This document shows positions 11,609-23,989 of a stretch of 64,000 bases of DNA, in pieces. Every line of letters starts with the position of its first letter. Within the stretch, counting starts at the first letter, position 1. Below the pieces are notes generated by a model, which was given only the letters and a program-made list of their open reading frames with translations, did no database searches and was not told the DNA's origin. The position numbers and the translations under genes are program-made. This DNA comes from Selaginella moellendorffii. Its lineage: Eukaryota; Plantae; Lycopodiophyta. The stretch is taken from NCBI RefSeq assembly GCF_000143415.4, contig NW_003314281.1, forward strand, positions 1,527,882 to 1,591,881. Reading direction: 5' to 3'.

Positions 11609-13744
11609 ATGCTTGCTGAGAGGAAGATCTTGGCGCAGCTCGTCAAGGCCGCCGGCGATGGCAGGGACGCGGTCGATGGGCGGCGGATTCATGCGCGCGT
11701 CTTGCGCAGGGAGCTCGGCCGCGATCGATTCCTCCAGAATCTCCTGGTGGAGATGTATGGCAAATGCGGGCGATTGGAGGAAGCCCTGGCGGTGTTCGAG
11801 GGCATCGATCAGCCAAACATCTTCTCCTGGAACATCATGCTCCAGGCGATGGCGCACAGCGAGGATGTGGAGGCCACGGTAGGGTTCTTCGAGCTCATGC
11901 CCGTCCGGGACGCTGTTTCTTGGAATGCGATGCTCAAGAAGCAGTGCTGCTGCCACGAGGATGGAAGAGGGGAATCGATCCAGGCGCGGGATTTCTTCCA
12001 GCGGATGCCGCATCACGGCATCGTCGCGGCCACCGCGATGATCGCAGCGCTTGGCCACGATCGCCAGGTCTCCCAGGCGCAGGAGATTTTCGACGCGATG
12101 CCTGCCCAGGACGTGGTTTCTTGGACCGCGATGACGACGGCGCTGGCGGCGACCGGAGATCTAGACCGCGCGAGGGGGATGTTCGATCGGATGCCGGAGA
12201 GGAACGAGGTGACTTGGAAGGCATCGATCCAGGCGCTCGCGGAGAGGCGATTCCTCCCCCAGGCCAGGGAGATGTTCCAGCGAATGCCGGCGCACGATTC
12301 TTTCGCGTGTAACGCGATGATCCAGGCGTACGTCGAGAGCGGCGATCTGGAGAGCGCCCGCGAGACATTCTCGTCAATGGAGGAGAAGAACGCCGTGGCG
12401 TGGAATTTGCTCATCGTTACGCATGCCTCGAATGGGTATGTGGAAGAGGCCGTGAATTTCCTCCATAGCACTCCACACGAGGACGTGATGCCGTGGAACG
12501 CAACACTCCAATCGCTAGCGCACAGAGGCATGCTGGGAGAGGCGAGGAAGATCTTCGCTACTATGCCACAGCGAAACTTTGTTTCGTGGTCACTGATGAT
12601 CGCTGCAAATGCCGAGGCCGGGGATCTAGAAGCCGCGAGGGATTTGTACGAGCGATCGCCAACGCCGCGAGACATGATCGTCTCAACGGCGATGCTCTCG
12701 GGGTATGCTCGAAACGGCTGCCTGGATCGAGCGGGGAGCTTGTTCGACGAGATGGAGAGCTGGGACGTTGTCGCGATCACGACCATGATCACGGCATACG
12801 CGAACCATGGTGTTCTTGGCGAGGCCTGGGATTTGTTCCGGAGGATGCCGCAGAGAGATCGCGTGACTTGGAACACTATGATCGCGGCCTACACTCACAA
12901 CTCTCGGGCCAGAGAAGCGAGAGTTTTGCTCGAGAGGATGCCGAGATGGAGCTCGGTTTCGTGGAACACGGTTCTCTCCGGTTACGCGTACGCTGGTCTC
13001 TTGGCCGAGGCAACCAAGTTGGCGATCGAGATGCCGCAGAGGGACGTGGTTTCCTTCACGATCATGCTCGCGGCGAGTGCTCTAGCCGGAGAGCTCGCTC
13101 AGGCCAAGAAGATCTTCGACGCGATGCCACAGCGAGACGCAGCGTCCTGGCACACAATGCTCGTCGTCTACGCGCAGCACGGCCGCCTCACGGACGCTCG
13201 CTCGATCTTCGAGGAGATGCCGCAGCGAGACGTGGTGTCCTGGACGGCGCTGGTGGCGTCCAACGCTCGCCACGGCCGCTGTGAGGACGCGAGGCGCTTG
13301 TTCCAGCTCATGGAGCTCGAGGGAGAGCTCCCGGACGAGGTGAGCTTCACCGGTATCCTGAGCGCCTGCTGCCACACCGGATCGCTGGACGACTGCTGGA
13401 GTTTCTTCCGGGCGATGGTGGGCGACTACAGCATCCGGCCGCTCCAGGAGCACTTCTCGTGCTTGGCGGACGCGCTGGGCCGCGCCGGGAGGCTGGCGGA
13501 AGCTCGGGAAGTGGTGGAGAGAATGCCATTCTCGCGGGATACAGCCACCGAGACGAGCTTGCTGAGCGCCAACCGGATCCATGGCGAGGTGAGCGAGGAG
13601 GATATCACAGTGGACGATCGTGGCGGTGCCTGTGCAGCGCTGATTTCCAACGCTTTGGCTGCCGCTGGGAGGAGGGAGGATCCAAGAGCTCGCGCGAGCA
13701 ACGCTGGGTTGAGGCCTGGGCGGAGCTGCGTTTTTGCTGCGTGA
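11609..13744 (+). CDS. PLS-class PPR protein, E-type C-terminus, no DYW
   Basis: NLLVEMYGKCG start, many ~31-aa MP.RDVVSW repeats, HFSCLADALGRAG and degenerate E motifs; first plausible ATG at 11609. Confidence 0.92.
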   Translation: MLAERKILAQLVKAAGDGRDAVDGRRIHARVLRRELGRDRFLQNLLVEMYGKCGRLEEALAVFEGIDQPNIFSWNIMLQAMAHSEDVEATVGFFELMPVRDAVSWNAMLKKQCCCHEDGRGESIQARDFFQRMPHHGIVAATAMIAALGHDRQVSQAQEIFDAMPAQDVVSWTAMTTALAATGDLDRARGMFDRMPERNEVTWKASIQALAERRFLPQAREMFQRMPAHDSFACNAMIQAYVESGDLESARETFSSMEEKNAVAWNLLIVTHASNGYVEEAVNFLHSTPHEDVMPWNATLQSLAHRGMLGEARKIFATMPQRNFVSWSLMIAANAEAGDLEAARDLYERSPTPRDMIVSTAMLSGYARNGCLDRAGSLFDEMESWDVVAITTMITAYANHGVLGEAWDLFRRMPQRDRVTWNTMIAAYTHNSRAREARVLLERMPRWSSVSWNTVLSGYAYAGLLAEATKLAIEMPQRDVVSFTIMLAASALAGELAQAKKIFDAMPQRDAASWHTMLVVYAQHGRLTDARSIFEEMPQRDVVSWTALVASNARHGRCEDARRLFQLMELEGELPDEVSFTGILSACCHTGSLDDCWSFFRAMVGDYSIRPLQEHFSCLADALGRAGRLAEAREVVERMPFSRDTATETSLLSANRIHGEVSEEDITVDDRGGACAALISNALAAAGRREDPRARASNAGLRPGRSCVFAA

Positions 13745-13829
13745 GAAAGAAAGAAGGTCTTTCTTTTGATTGGTTACAAATTGGGGTCATGGTTTAGGGT
13801 TTGTTTGGAGGAGCTGGGAAGTAGGTTCC

Positions 13830-16800
13830 ATGGCGCCAGACCTCAAGAGCGACTCCTCGGCTCCACAGCCACCGGCGAAACCGGCCAAGGATGCCAAGAA
13901 GAAGAAGGACGAGAAGGAGGATCTGGTACGTGTGCTAGCTCTGCTCATGCGGGATTTGATTTGCCGACATTGGAATTTGCGTTTGCGTCTAGTCGGAGGA
14001 AGATTTGGCGCTCAAGCAGCAGCTGGAACTCTATGTGGAGAGGGCGCAGGACAGCGATCCTGGAGTCCAGAGGCTGGCTCTGGAGAGTATGAGGTACGCG
14101 AGTAGGAGTTTAATCGTTCGTGTTGTGAGGAGCTGTGTGTATGCGCAGGCAAGAGATTCGGAGTGCTACAAGCTCCATGACTTCCGTGCCCAAGCCGCTG
14201 AAATTCCTCCGCCCGCATTATGGGACTTTGAAGGCGTTCTTCCAGAAAATGCCCGAGTCGGAGCTCAAAGTGAGTAGTGCTTTGAGAAATGTGAAGCTCA
14301 CGAATTTTTTCTTTCTCTTCCTTTTCCTGATAGATGTATATGGCTGATATCATCTCGGTTTTGGCACTTACCATGTCGGAAGAAGGAGAAAGGGTATGTT
14401 GAAGCTAATTTTGTTATATCAGGAACACTGAAACACTCTTGCAGGAGAGCTTGCAATATAGATTGCTCGGCTCTAAGGGTGACTTGGGTTCATGGGGCCA
14501 CGAATACGTCAGGTTTGTGACAGTACGCTAGCTGTTTCTTTACCGAGTAAATTGAGCTTGATTACAGAAATTTGGCTGGAGAAATTGGCCTCGAATTCCA
14601 AAAGCGTCGGGTATGTCTTTGTTTATAGTTCTTTTGCTGATTTTATCATGCAGTCGGAGGAAGAGTACATCAGCAGCTTGATGGATTTAGTAAAGCAAAT
14701 TGTACCATTCCACTTGCAGCACAATGCAGAACCTGAAGCTGTAGATCTGCTAATGGAAGTAAGTAAATTTTATTTCTTGAACATGCTTACGAACTTGCAT
14801 GATGTTCGAAGGTTGAAACGCTTGACATTCTACCCAAATTCATGGAGAAAGCCAACTTCAAAAGGACGTGTTCCTATCTCTTAAGCTGTGCTAGGTATGT
14901 TTCTGTACGTCTTCCGCAGTCACTCATCCATTATTGCAGCTACGTACCTGAGCTAGAGGACATATCAGTCTTGGACATCGCTTATCAAATCTATTCCAAA
15001 TTTGAGCAGCATACTGATGCTTTGAGGGTTGCTCTTCGGTTGGGCAACTTGCAGGTTTGCTTCAAGTCATGTGTTAAATATGTGTCTGATGCAAATATAT
15101 TCTGTTAGTACGCTCGGGCTACATTTGCAGCTTGCAAGGATTTATCGGAAAGGAAGCAGCTCTGCTACATCCTTGCCCGACAGGTAATCCTTCTGAGTGA
15201 TCTTCAGTGCTAAAACTGTTGTTCACAGAGTGAAACGGTAGAGCTGGATGACGAAATTCCTATGGAGGATGAGCATCGTGACGTGTTACAAGACATTATG
15301 AACAACACGAAGCTATGTGAAGGATATCTGACTCTCGCACGGGATCTTGATGTGATGGAGCCCAAAGTACCTGAAGATATATACAAGGTACGGGCGTTTC
15401 TTTGACTTTCTCCTCATTCGAGTTGTACCACAGGCTCATTTAATTGATGGAAGAGCGAGTGCCGGAGCTAGTGTTGATTCGGCTAGACAAAACCTTGCAG
15501 CCACTTTCGTCAATGCTTTCGTCAACGCTGGTTTTGGACAGGTGAACATGAACTGATTTTCAGGATGTGCACTAAAATTATTTCTTTCCAGGATCACTTA
15601 ATGACATCTCCTGCTGAGTCTTCTGGATCAACCAGCACTGGTAACTGGCTTTTTAAAAACAAAGAACATGGAAAGGCCAGCGCTACTGCCAGTTTGGTAA
15701 GGCACCTTGCTAAAGAAACCTGTCCACTGTAACTTACCGGCCGTAATCGTTCAGGGTCTTATCACCTTGTGGGATGTTGATGGAGGCCTCCCACAAATTG
15801 ATAAGTATCTATACAGTACCGATAACCATGTTGTCGCGGGAGCTCTCTTGGCTGTTGGAATTATCAATTGTGGAATTCGTAATGACTGCGATCCGGTGAG
15901 CAGTCCTTTCCTTTTAGTTGTGTGTTAACATTTATTTGCATGCAGGCGTATGCTCTTCTATATGACTCAGTAACTAAAGATGATCCTGCGGTACGTATTG
16001 GTGCTATTATGGGTCTTGGCCTAGCATATGCCGGCACACAAAAAGAAGAGGTTCGTTTCTTCTACCAGTTAGGTAGCGCATTGACACGTACTTACAGGTT
16101 CTCGAGCTTCTTACTCCAATCATATCTGACTCAAGGGTTGGAATTGATGTTGCTGGTTTTGCTGCACTATCTCTTGGACTTGTTTATGTTGCATCATGCC
16201 ACGAAGATGCAGCACAAGCCATACTCCTTGCGATGATGGAACGAGACAACGACGATCCTTTGGCCAGGTTCTTGTGTCTGGGATTGGGACTTCTCTACCT
16301 TGGAAAGCAGGTAGTACGCTCTTCTTTGTTTGGGGATGTAAATCGAATTTTTCTGTCAGGACGCTGCTGAGGCCACCTTTGAAGTGGTTAAAACAGTAAA
16401 CGAGAAGATTTCCAACTATTGCCAAGTGACTCTCGAATCTTGTACTTATGCTGGTACTGGAAATGTTTTGAAGGTATGTCTTTTTTATAGTGATACTGCA
16501 GTGGTATAATAATATTTTTGAGCAGGTCCAAAAATTCCTGAGTCAATGCTCTGATCATTTGGACAAAGGCGAGAGTCACCAGGGTGCAGCGGTTCTAGGC
16601 ATTGGACTTGTTGCTATGGCAGAAGAGCTTGGGAGCGATATGGCTTTAAGAGCTCTAGAGCACCTTTTGCAGTATGGCGAGCCAAATATTCGTCGAGCCG
16701 TGCCTTTGGCTCTGGGTCTCTTGTCGATATCGAATCCGAAGGTAAGACTTGATTTTTCTTTAAAAATTGTGCTCATCTATTGGATTATATCAGATCAATG

Positions 16801-17750
16801 TCATGGACACATTGAGCAGGCTGAGCCATGACACAGACTCGGAAGTCGCGATGGTATGAGCTTTACGAGTTCTTCTCCGAATGAAATCGTTATTGTTCTC
16901 TCCTGTTTTTCCCAGGCTGCAACCATTTCTCTTGGACTTATTGGCGCCGGAACAAACAATGCGCGTATTGCGGGAATGCTTCGAAGCTTGTCCAGCTATT
17001 ACTACAAGGATCCCAGCCTTCTGTTCTGCGTAAGTTTGATCTCTCTTGTTTTTCTTTTTTTTCTTCGTTTTCATCTTAGTTTTGTCAATCTCTGTCACAG
17101 GTTCGGATCGCCCAGGGACTTGTACACATGGGAAAGGGACTAATCACTTTAAATCCTTACCATTCTGATCGTTTCTTGCTCTCGACGTAAGCATCGACAC
17201 TTGACTGCTTACACCTCTTTGTTCTTGCTCAATATCTCGCTTGTTTAGGCCTGCCATCGCCGGCATTGTTGCCGTTCTTCATGCGTGCTTGGATATGAAA
17301 GCCATCATCCTAGGGAAGTACCACTACGTTCTCTACTATCTCGTTCTAGCAATGCAGGTAAAATTGCTCATGTCCTTTTTTCTTTGTTCTGGGGGAGGTA
17401 ACGCTGTCTTTCTTCCTTTTCTCCAGCCTAGGATGCTCATGACTGTAGACGAGAACTTAAAGCCACTGCCTGTGCCCGTTCGAGTGGGAATTGCTGTGGA
17501 CACAGTCGGTCAGGCAGGGCGGCCCAAGAGCATAACAGGATTCCAAACGCACACCACTCCAGTTCTTCTTGCGACCGGTGAAAGAGCGGAGCTTGCCACT
17601 GAGAAGTAAGCTCAAAGAGAGATTTCTCTTTTTCTCTCTTGTTCTTCTCTAAGCGTCTGTTCTTCCAGGTACACACCCCTTTCATCTGTGTTGGAGGGAT
17701 TCGTGGTTCTTCGTGAAAATCCAGACTACGTCGAGGACCACCTTAATTGA
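13830..17750 (+). CDS. RPN1: 26S proteasome regulatory subunit RPN1 (PSMD2), multi-exon
   Basis: [75 protein letters not shown], terminal ENPDY. Confidence 0.97.
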
Positions 17751-17865
17751 GAAAGAACCAAAGTTTTCGCTAAACATGGCCAGTTTTGTCAAAATCGACG
17801 GCCATCTAAAAATCTTCGTTGGCGCTTTATTTCAAATTTTAGGGCTAGAGTTTAGGGCGGGGAGA

Positions 17866-20765
17866 ATGGAGGAGCAAGAGCGCTTCGATGTGGAGTACCT
17901 CAAGAGCACGGTCGCGGAGGTTCTCGCGAAGGGGTGCGCGGCGGTGGTGGCGGCGGAGCCCGGCGATCCGGTTGCGTATCTCAGCCTTTGGCTCCACAAG
18001 TACGTAGACAATGTGGAGGTTTTGGAGCGATTGAAGAGGGAAAAGGCTGTGGAGAAGCAGCTAGAAGAGGACCAAAAGGCCGTGGAGGTCGTGAGGAAGG
18101 AGCGCCTGGAATTCTCCAAATCATGGAGGGAGGATACTCTCAAGGCGTTGCGAGGGATCAAGAATGATCCTTATCTCTTGTGGAAGTCCACATTAGAGGC
18201 CATATCAATTTTCACTGGTATGCTTTCTCTCTTTCTTTTCTTCCATCTCTTTCTTCCTGCTTGCTGTTTTCTTTCTTGGAACTGAAAGGACTTTAGAATG
18301 CGTTTGCTTTCATAGCTGTGTCCAAACTTTGGAGACTTTCTCCCGTTTTTCTTTCATTGTTTCTGATAACGTCAACATCTTTTTGTTCCGAAACAGGTTG
18401 CAGCTCTGCCTATGTTGCAGCAGTCGCTGAGAAGATGTGGGAGCCTAAGCCAGATCCAAAACCAGAGGGCGAAGAAGGTGAGGAGGGTGAAGAGCCTCCG
18501 CCAGAAGAGGAAGAAGAGGAAGAGCCGGAGCCCGAGCCAGAACCAGAGGAGGAAGAGGAAGAGGTAGCTGAAGAAGGCGGCGGAGAAGGCGGAGCTGAGG
18601 GTGAAACGCCAGAAGGTGGTGAAGCTCCACCGAAGAAGAAAAAGAAAGAAAAGCCTCCCAAGCCAATCAACTACAAGAAGAAGATATTGATCTACACTGC
18701 TGCTACTCGAAGGAGCTTGTTTATCCTCAACAAGCAATACAACAAGAAGAAGGTAGCTAATGAGTTTGGAGCTTGGATGTCTTCAACTTTGCGTTTATTT
18801 CTTCAGGGTCCTGTAACTTTTAGGATATTGTTGGAACTACTGCCTCAACTGCACATCCCGAATGTGTTGTACCAAGAAAGTATGTGAAAGCTAGTTGTTT
18901 TTTTTTTTTTTTTTTTTTTTTTGAGAGAGAGAGAGAGTTTAATTCGTGCCACGGTGTCAAACAATCGTGCAGACATGCAGTTCTTCGGTGCTGTTCCAAG
19001 GCTGGGCGCTTATTTTGCAGTTCCATTGGTTATCAATACAGTCCCTCCTGAGGTTGTATCTCTCTTGCAATGCTCCACATTTTTTATAGTTAATATGTTT
19101 CCAGATCGTGGCCATATTGTGCGCGGACACGTTGAAAGGAGACGAGTATGGCACTGCGAAACCTTTTGACGATTCTGAGAGGGACTTCATTTCAAGAGCT
19201 GCTACAATCTTGGGGAAAGTGCTGGCCGAAAACCACGTTGAAAACATAAAAGACTACAAAACTGAGGAACTAATGGCCCAACTCAAAGAGAAGCTGAAGC
19301 AGATAGAAGTTGACAGAAAGGCGGCCTTGAAAAAGGAGAAGGCGGAAAAGCTGGCTGCAGAGAGAGCTGCAAGGAAAGCTGCTAGAGAGGCTGCTAAAGA
19401 GAAGGCCAAGGCAGAAGGTAAGGATGAAGAAGAACCGGAAGAACCGGAACCGGAACCGGAGCCAGAGCCAGAACCAGAGGCTGCTGAAGAAAAGGGTGGT
19501 GAAGGAGGTGAAGCTGAAGAAGAGGAAGAGAAGGAGGAAGAGGAAGGTCCTCCTGAGGAAGAAGCATCACCAGAAGAAGAACCAGAACCTGAAGAGCCAG
19601 AAGAACCCGAAGAGGAGCCACCAGAAGAAGAGTCTCCTGCCGAGGGTGAAGTTGTCGATGAGAAGCAAAAGCTCTTGAAGACTTTACAGCGGGACATTGC
19701 GAAAGCTAAGAAGAAGATTGAAAAGCTCGAGGCAAAGAATGCCAAAGCCAAGGAGGTTATGGAGAAGAAGGCCGAGACTGTTGCAAAGCTGGAAGACGAG
19801 ATGGCTGTATCTCAGTCACTTTTGGGCCACTTACAAAACTTGCTGGGTGGTGTGATGGAGCTTATCAACGGAATTCAGGTATGTTTGAATACATACCAAT
19901 CGTGATCTCATACTTGCTTTCAGGACGTTGAAAGAAACCGTATCATACGGTGGTGCTTTCCTCCTACAAATGTCTATCGTGTTTTGAAGGTCTGCAATGA
20001 TCAATGTCATTGATGAACGTCTGATTATGTCTTTCATGCAGGGAATGCTCCATATTCTTGGACACGAAAGGAACGTTGTGGACTGCTGGGTAACCGCGCG
20101 CGAAAGTTTCAAGTGCGACTTTTTCAAAGTTAGTTCTCCCCGCCCCAATACATTTTAAAAGCTAGCACCACCAAAATGTGAGTCCTCGGATGCAATGTGC
20201 TAAGAACGAGGATGCACGAACGTCGTGCTAATAACACTTGTGCAGGAGCTACAAGAATACGATGCACTCAAGGAGGACAACCTGGACAAATGGAAATATG
20301 GCAAGAAGTGCTTGGATGTAAGCTTGTCCTGGTTTGCTCTAATCGAAAAAAACAACACTCAACCTGCTTGCAGGAGCTCAAGGACGACATGATGAAGGCA
20401 GACCCTCCTATGGGATTTGTAAGTTCCTACCTCTAAAAAGAGGTGTTTTGCATTTCTCTGATGCGAGCCACGACAGCTTGGGAGGCGCTGGCTACTTGCT
20501 GTGAAGAAGTTGATGACGGCAGGCGTCAAGCATAAGAAACTCACTCGAAAGACTGAAGCTGCAACGCTGGTATGTACTCTAAGAACTCCCATCGTCCGTG
20601 AGACATCTAGTGGCTCTTCCTTTTCAGGTGTTCGCTGAGGCACAACTCAAACAATTGGTTGCAGAGATGGATTTAAAAGTGGTTCAGGAGGAGGATGCCA
20701 GGCTGACTGCTGAAGAGCAGAAGGTGCAAGCTGACATCGAGGCAGACAGAATTGCGAAAGAAGGA

Positions 20766-20796
<31 letters not shown>

Positions 20797-20819
20797 GTGA
20801 AGCACCTACGGAAGGGTGA
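17866..20819 (+). CDS. Radial spoke protein 2-like: N-terminal Dpy-30 motif, GAF-like domain, two E/P-rich tracts, coiled coil
   Basis: DVEYLKSTVAEVLAKGCAAVVAAEPGDPVAYLSLWLHKYVDN (Dpy-30) and GAYFAVPLV..AILCADTL..PFDDSERDFI (GAF-like); this combination is that of Chlamydomonas RSP2. Confidence 0.7.
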
Positions 20820-20820
20820 A

Positions 20821-22062
20821 ATGGGGACTTATAAGGACAAGGGGGAGGATTTTGGGGACATAATAAAAGGTGGCGGACCACGGATCCTTTTCTTAATGCT
20901 GGGCAGAAACATATTGGTCGGAGTTTCGCTATTACTGTTGCTGCTGCTGCTGCTCGACCACAGTCCGGGCGATAGGGATGAAGGTGGAATCCACTTCGGA
21001 GAATCGGGTCCTCTTGAGAATATTATCCAAGGGAAGAGGACAGCAGTGTGCTTGGTTGGAGAAGCACGTCACTTGGAGCTCACGGGGCCGAGCATCCGCA
21101 AATACGTTCTCGAGACTCTGAAGAACAGCAGCGTTTTCATCAACATGCCCCTGGACAGCAACTCATACAAAATGTTCGTGCTCGATGGCGGCGGTGGATC
21201 TTACAACTTCACGTCGGCAAACATCTTCTCGCCGCAATACATATGGGAGACAAAGGTTTCCAGAGAAACCTTGACAGCCAAAAAGTCGCCCCGAGCGCTC
21301 CAAGGCCTGCTCCAGTACTTCGCCTTGAACGAAGGCTGCGAGACGATGATCCGGCAGCAGGAGGAGCTCCAGGGCTTCAAGTACGACTGGATCGTCAGGA
21401 CGCGGCTGGATACGTTCTGGACAGCCCCGATACCCGTGGAGTACCGAAACTCCACGTACACAGTTCCTCGCGGGACGAGATACGGTGGCTACAACGATCG
21501 ACTGGGTGTTGGGGACAGGAAAACGAGCAGAATCGCGCTCCAGCGTCTCTCCGCGTTGCCGCTCATCCACTCGGCTGGCTACCGGAGCGAGAACTCAGAG
21601 TCGGTCTATAAAGCACAGCTCAAGGTTGGGAACGTGAAGGTGGCGGAGGACGAGTTTTCTTTCTGCGTGCTAAGCAACCGGAGCTTTCCTTACCCGCCAG
21701 GAAGGCACGGAGCGCTCGTAGCTTCGATCCAAGGCAAGGGGCCGCTGAACGGAGCGTACTGCCGGCCGTGTAGGCCGTCCGAAAGCTCCAGCCGGTCTCG
21801 GGAGATGGTGGAGAGGATGGTCGACGCTTGGATTCCCAGCGAAGCCGCGGAGGTGGAAGTGTGTGACGGATCTGGGGGCTGGAAAGCGGGCTGGCCGGAA
21901 GTGTTTGATGCCGTGGCCGGGGAGGAGGCGGCCGCATTGAGGAAGGAGAGCGATGGCATGAGCAAGGCCGAGTGCGTTTCGAGGCTCGCGAGATTCAAGG
22001 ACCGATGGAGCTCCTGGAAGGGCCCGAGTACTACGTTGATCTGCGAGCTAATGGACCGTTGA
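20821..22062 (+). CDS. Uncharacterised type II membrane protein, possibly glycosyltransferase-like
   Basis: Intronless; N-terminal poly-Leu anchor, AVCLVG.AR..ELTGPSI, YDWIVRTRLD, GGYNDRLGVG. Start is ATG 20821 or 20896. Confidence 0.75.
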   Translation: MGTYKDKGEDFGDIIKGGGPRILFLMLGRNILVGVSLLLLLLLLLDHSPGDRDEGGIHFGESGPLENIIQGKRTAVCLVGEARHLELTGPSIRKYVLETLKNSSVFINMPLDSNSYKMFVLDGGGGSYNFTSANIFSPQYIWETKVSRETLTAKKSPRALQGLLQYFALNEGCETMIRQQEELQGFKYDWIVRTRLDTFWTAPIPVEYRNSTYTVPRGTRYGGYNDRLGVGDRKTSRIALQRLSALPLIHSAGYRSENSESVYKAQLKVGNVKVAEDEFSFCVLSNRSFPYPPGRHGALVASIQGKGPLNGAYCRPCRPSESSSRSREMVERMVDAWIPSEAAEVEVCDGSGGWKAGWPEVFDAVAGEEAAALRKESDGMSKAECVSRLARFKDRWSSWKGPSTTLICELMDR

Positions 22063-22143
22063 CTTTTCTTGTCCGTTGACCTTATGGTGAGTCAGTAGTG
22101 TCTGAAAATATCGACACGGTCAAGCCGTTGAATTTCACAATGG

Positions 22144-23949
22144 TCAATTTTGATCCAAACGATCTCCACGGTCATTTGCGTACATGGTGTAGAGCAGAAC
22201 GTATGGCGCGGACTTTAGCGTGGTGAGCTTGGAGGCTCGCTTGGCCGCGTGGGATCCCCGGCCAACGTCGTGGTGGAGCTTGCAAGATCCCACCAGCGTC
22301 ATCCAGGCAGCAGAGTCCGGGGTGTAAGGCATGGATTGGACGAGCTCCTGGGCCTTTTCGAGATGCCCCGAGCGTCCCATGACGCCCACCAGGCACCCGA
22401 AGTGTTCCATCGTCGGGACCATCCCTCGGTCCTGGATCATCGATCCAAACAGGCTCCGGCTCTCGCTCAGCAGGCCGAGGTGACTGCAAACGCTGAGAAT
22501 GTCGACGAAGGTTATGTCGTTGAGGCTCGAGGCTTCGAGATCCATGTCGCGGAGGATCTCCACGGCGGGGGAGTAGCGTCCGTTCAGTGCGTACACGGAA
22601 ACCATCGAGTTCCACGAGACCTCGTTGCGCAGCGGCATGGAATCAAACACGAGTTTCGCGAGCTCCACCTCCCCGATCTGTCCGTACATGGAGATCATGC
22701 TTGTCCAGGAGACGATGTCTCGCACGGTCATGCTGTCGAAGATGCTCTTGGCTTCGTGGAGGTGGCCGTGGTAGAGGTGGGCGACAATGAGAGCCGTCCA
22801 CGACGCCTCATCCAGGCGCTCCATTCTGGTGAGGAGCTTCTCGGCCTCGACGAGATACCCTGCCTGGGCATATGCCGCGATTAGGACGTTCCAGGAGCTC
22901 GTGTCCCTCTCGGGCATGGTATCGAAAATGGCGCGCGCTTGCTCCAGATGCCCATGCTGCGAATATCCAGTCAAGATGGTATTCCAGGTCACCATGTTGA
23001 CTTTGATAAGAGAGTCAAAGAGTTTTCTTGCCTCGTCCATTTGGCCTCTGAAGGTATATGCCGCCACCATTGCCGTGGAGGCCACCACGTTGTGGAAGGG
23101 CATCTTTTCAAAGAGTTCGCGCGCCCTGTCTGGCTCCCCGTTATGAGCGTATGCCTGGATCATGGCGGTCCACGTAACGAGATCGCGCTCGGGCATGGAA
23201 TCAAAGGTCTTTCTTGCTAAAACGAGATGCCCAGCAAGTGAATAAGCTGTGATCACGCACGTCCAGCTGATAAGATCCCGTTCAGCCATGGCTTGGAACA
23301 AATGCAGCGTTTTTTGTAGTTGATTATCTTGTGCAAAGGCATCCATGATCGCGTTCCAGGACGAAACATTGTGTTCTGGCATAGAATCAAAAAATAGCTC
23401 CGCTGATTCCAAATGCCCGTGCTGGGCAAATGCCGCAAGAAGAGCATTCCAGGATATAATATTTCTCTCGGGCATTAGATCGAAGACGACCTTTGCTTTT
23501 TCAATCTCTCCCTCTTGTGCATAGGCACCAAGGATCGCTGTCCAGGAAACAAGGGTTCTCTCGGGCATAGATTCGAAGAGCTTGCGTGCTTGGGCTAGAT
23601 CCCGGGCCTGGGCATACGCGGTGAGGATTGTCGTCCAGGAGATCACGTGCTGGAGAGGCATGCCATCGAACAGCGAGCGCGCATCGTCGATCCATCCGTT
23701 CTTGGCGCACGCCTCGATCACGATGTTATATGAGAAGAGGTTAGGGTTCTTGATAGCGTGAAAGGTTTCCAACGCCAGTTGGGGGCTGTGGCACTTCCCG
23801 TAGGCCTCGATCATCAGATTGCTGAGGTATCTGTCCCCTCTCTCCCGGATTTTCAGATCGATCGCCCGCGCGGCGGCAAAATCCCCCACATTTCCAATGT
23901 CCCGCAGTGATTGGGAGAGAGCGACTTGGTCGAGAACTCTCGGCTCCAT
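22144..23949 (-). CDS. PLS-class PPR protein, E1/partial E2, no DYW
   Basis: 601-aa ORF of tandem PPR repeats ending HFGCLVGVMGRSG..WMTLVGSCKLH..PYVLLYTMYA. Confidence 0.93.
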   Translation of the reverse strand: MEPRVLDQVALSQSLRDIGNVGDFAAARAIDLKIRERGDRYLSNLMIEAYGKCHSPQLALETFHAIKNPNLFSYNIVIEACAKNGWIDDARSLFDGMPLQHVISWTTILTAYAQARDLAQARKLFESMPERTLVSWTAILGAYAQEGEIEKAKVVFDLMPERNIISWNALLAAFAQHGHLESAELFFDSMPEHNVSSWNAIMDAFAQDNQLQKTLHLFQAMAERDLISWTCVITAYSLAGHLVLARKTFDSMPERDLVTWTAMIQAYAHNGEPDRARELFEKMPFHNVVASTAMVAAYTFRGQMDEARKLFDSLIKVNMVTWNTILTGYSQHGHLEQARAIFDTMPERDTSSWNVLIAAYAQAGYLVEAEKLLTRMERLDEASWTALIVAHLYHGHLHEAKSIFDSMTVRDIVSWTSMISMYGQIGEVELAKLVFDSMPLRNEVSWNSMVSVYALNGRYSPAVEILRDMDLEASSLNDITFVDILSVCSHLGLLSESRSLFGSMIQDRGMVPTMEHFGCLVGVMGRSGHLEKAQELVQSMPYTPDSAAWMTLVGSCKLHHDVGRGSHAAKRASKLTTLKSAPYVLLYTMYANDRGDRLDQN

Positions 23950-23989
23950 GGCCAGGCATTCTAGCTGTCAATAATTTGTTCTCCTCCGG

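Noticed and set aside
18372-19751. Ser/Gly-rich antisense ORFs
   Set aside because: Reverse complement of the Glu/Pro tracts of the RSP2-like gene.
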